A stretch of 64,000 bases of DNA, taken from assembly GCA_030390025.1 (NCBI GenBank), contig CM059432.1:96288001-96352000 (forward strand). The letters are read 5' to 3'. Positions 62,137 through 64,000 of this stretch are shown here, piece after piece. The DNA comes from Squalus acanthias. Taxonomy: Eukaryota. Numbering within the stretch: the stretch's first letter is position 1; each line of letters opens with the position of its first letter. The notes under the pieces were generated by a model. The model was not told the DNA's origin. It saw only the letters and a program-made list of their open reading frames with translations, and ran no database searches. A program made the position numbers and the translations under genes.

Positions 62137-63534
62137 TAGATGTAAAATGCAGTAAGTATCTTCACAAGGGAAGCTGACTGGATAATGAATGAGTTATGGT
62201 CAACTATGCAGGGGAAGATATTTATTGCACGCACTGCTGGCCACTAAATTGTACCTAATCAGCAAAATAAATTCTTGCTAAGGCTTTGATGGTTTTACTT
62301 GCATTTGAAAAATGGGCTTTCACAGGAGGTCCTTGACTCTATTTTGAGAGAAGTGCAAATCATGAAGCTCCATGAATTGCCCTGGAAGATAATGGTATTT
62401 AAATGTAACTTACCATGAGGCAATATGACTGACAAAGAAAAAGTATGCGTTCACTTTGACTTACTTGCGCAGTGACGGGTGCTCAGCATTCAAACCAGCT
62501 GACAGGTTCTTTCTTAGGATTCGGAATAAATGCATTTTGATTACTTCAGTACACAAGAAACTTACAGCAGAATGACTGCACTCAGCACCTCTTGCTTCCT
62601 GTTCCTGTGACAAGGCAATGTCACACAACCTGATAGCTCTGGTGTAGAGTATGCTATACAATAGAGGTGGGAATCATCTTCTCTGTGATAGTGTTGTTGC
62701 ATATTTACTGCTTATATTTATGGTTATTTTGAAATAACTACTGTTGATGTAGTTAGCGCAAACTTGTAGTCCGTTAAACACAGCCATAAGTACATTTACA
62801 GACAATGATTAAAACAATAATTAAACCAATAACCAAATGGCTGATCTAATGAAAATAAGTGAACCTGTAATTTTCAGCATTAAATACCAGAAACCTCCAC
62901 TTACACTATCATAACTAAAGTAATATTACATACAATTAACATACAAAAATTCCTTTAATATCATCAGTGAATTGTACCATTATCTCACGTTTTGAAGCAG
63001 CAACCTCACAGCAGTGGAGAAAGACTGGGGGAAGAAGCATCTGCAAGGTGAGATATTATCATTTCAGAAAATTTACAGGTCAAGAACCAACTTGACAGGC
63101 CCCTGAGAGGGATTTTAAATTCAAGTCCAAAATGGGCACCAAGTTGGCACTGCACCCACAAAAGCCACAGTCGCGAGGCCCGAACCATTGAGAGGATCGG
63201 GAATTATTTGAATGTTACCTGCAGGTTGCGGGCACCAAATGGGCGTTTCACTGTCGCTCACCGGTTTTGGACAGTGGAAAATTGGTCGGCTTCCAATGTG
63301 TTGGAGGTGCTGGAGGAGAGCAGATTCTCGTGTGCAGCGAGAATGGGATGGCAACATGCCGGAAGATCTTTGTGGGGCCAGAAGGAGCACAAATACTTGT
63401 GGCACCACAAAAATCATAAAATAAACAAAAATTTATCTTTAGCAAAATACTGCGGATGCTGGAAATCCGAAATAACAACAGAAAATGCTGGAAAAACTCA
63501 GCAGGCCAGGCAGCATCCGTGGAGAGAGAAACAG

Positions 63535-63571
63535 AGTTAACGTTTCAGGTCAAAGACCTTTCGTCAGAACT
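63535..63571 (-). ncRNA. Minimal type I hammerhead ribozyme motif
   Basis: AGTT-CTGACGA-A-AGGTC-TTT-GACCT-GAAAC-GTT-AACT. Confidence 0.82.
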
Positions 63572-63847
63572 GGAAATAGCAGGAAATGAAATAGATTTAA
63601 GGCAAGGATAAAGCTGGGAAAAGGGGGGAGGGGATGAAAGAACAAAAGGAGAGATTAAGAGACATTGAGAGATGATCAAGGCAAGAGGTGGTGTTAATGT
63701 GACAGGTTGAGGCTAAAAGAAGTGTGAAATGCACTGGCAGAATGAAGGACAGCTGCCAGCTTCTAGGAGGGAAAAAAAAGGGAGGGGGGGGGGGGCAAAC
63801 AAAAGGGTGGATGAAAAAATAAAATATAAATGTGATAGGAGCTGAGG

Positions 63848-64000
63848 TTATGATTTAAAATTGTTGAACTCGATATTGAGTCCAGAGGGCTGTAGCGTGC
63901 CTAAACGAAAGATGAGGTGCTGTTCCTCGAGCTTACGCTGCGCTTCCATGGAACAGTGTAATAGGCCGAGGACGGTGAGGTCAGAGTGGGAGTGGAGCGG
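63848..64000 (-). CDS. C-terminal 50 aa of a Penelope RT-GIY-YIG ORF (partial)
   Basis: PLHSHSDLTVLGLLHCSMEAQRKLEEQHLIFRLGTLQPSGLNIEFNNFKS*, with the RKxxE...LGTLxPxGLN signature of PLE endonucleases. Confidence 0.85.
   Translation of the reverse strand, partial: PLHSHSDLTVLGLLHCSMEAQRKLEEQHLIFRLGTLQPSGLNIEFNNFKS

Larger units (their letters stand above)
63440..64000 (-). mobile_element. Penelope-like element 3' end (continues beyond the window)
   Basis: GIY-YIG C-terminus followed by a pLTR with a hammerhead. Confidence 0.9.

Noticed and set aside
62460..62610. Minus-strand micro-exons (GTAAGT donors near 62464 and 62565; also about 55281)
   Set aside because: No recognisable peptide, and such signals occur frequently by chance.

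Overview
Eukaryotic, transposon-dense genomic DNA, almost certainly from a cartilaginous fish (shark or ray). The evidence is an HE1-type V-SINE, a Deu-domain SINE and HER1/CR1 tails. I could not identify a host protein-coding gene with confidence. The window is a stack of nested elements: CR1 and L2 LINEs; four PIF/Harbinger elements carrying convergent transposase and Myb/SANT genes, plus older remnants and several derived MITEs; six Penelope-like (PLE) insertions whose pseudo-LTRs carry minimal type I hammerhead ribozymes; one near full-length CsRn1-clade Gypsy; a solo LTR; several SINEs; and an unclassified 1.9-kb insertion. The most striking observation is that two different Harbinger MITEs, in two separate Penelope copies, each duplicate exactly the GTT cleavage triplet of the hammerhead ribozyme. 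All coordinates were read by eye, and no database searches or folding programs were run.
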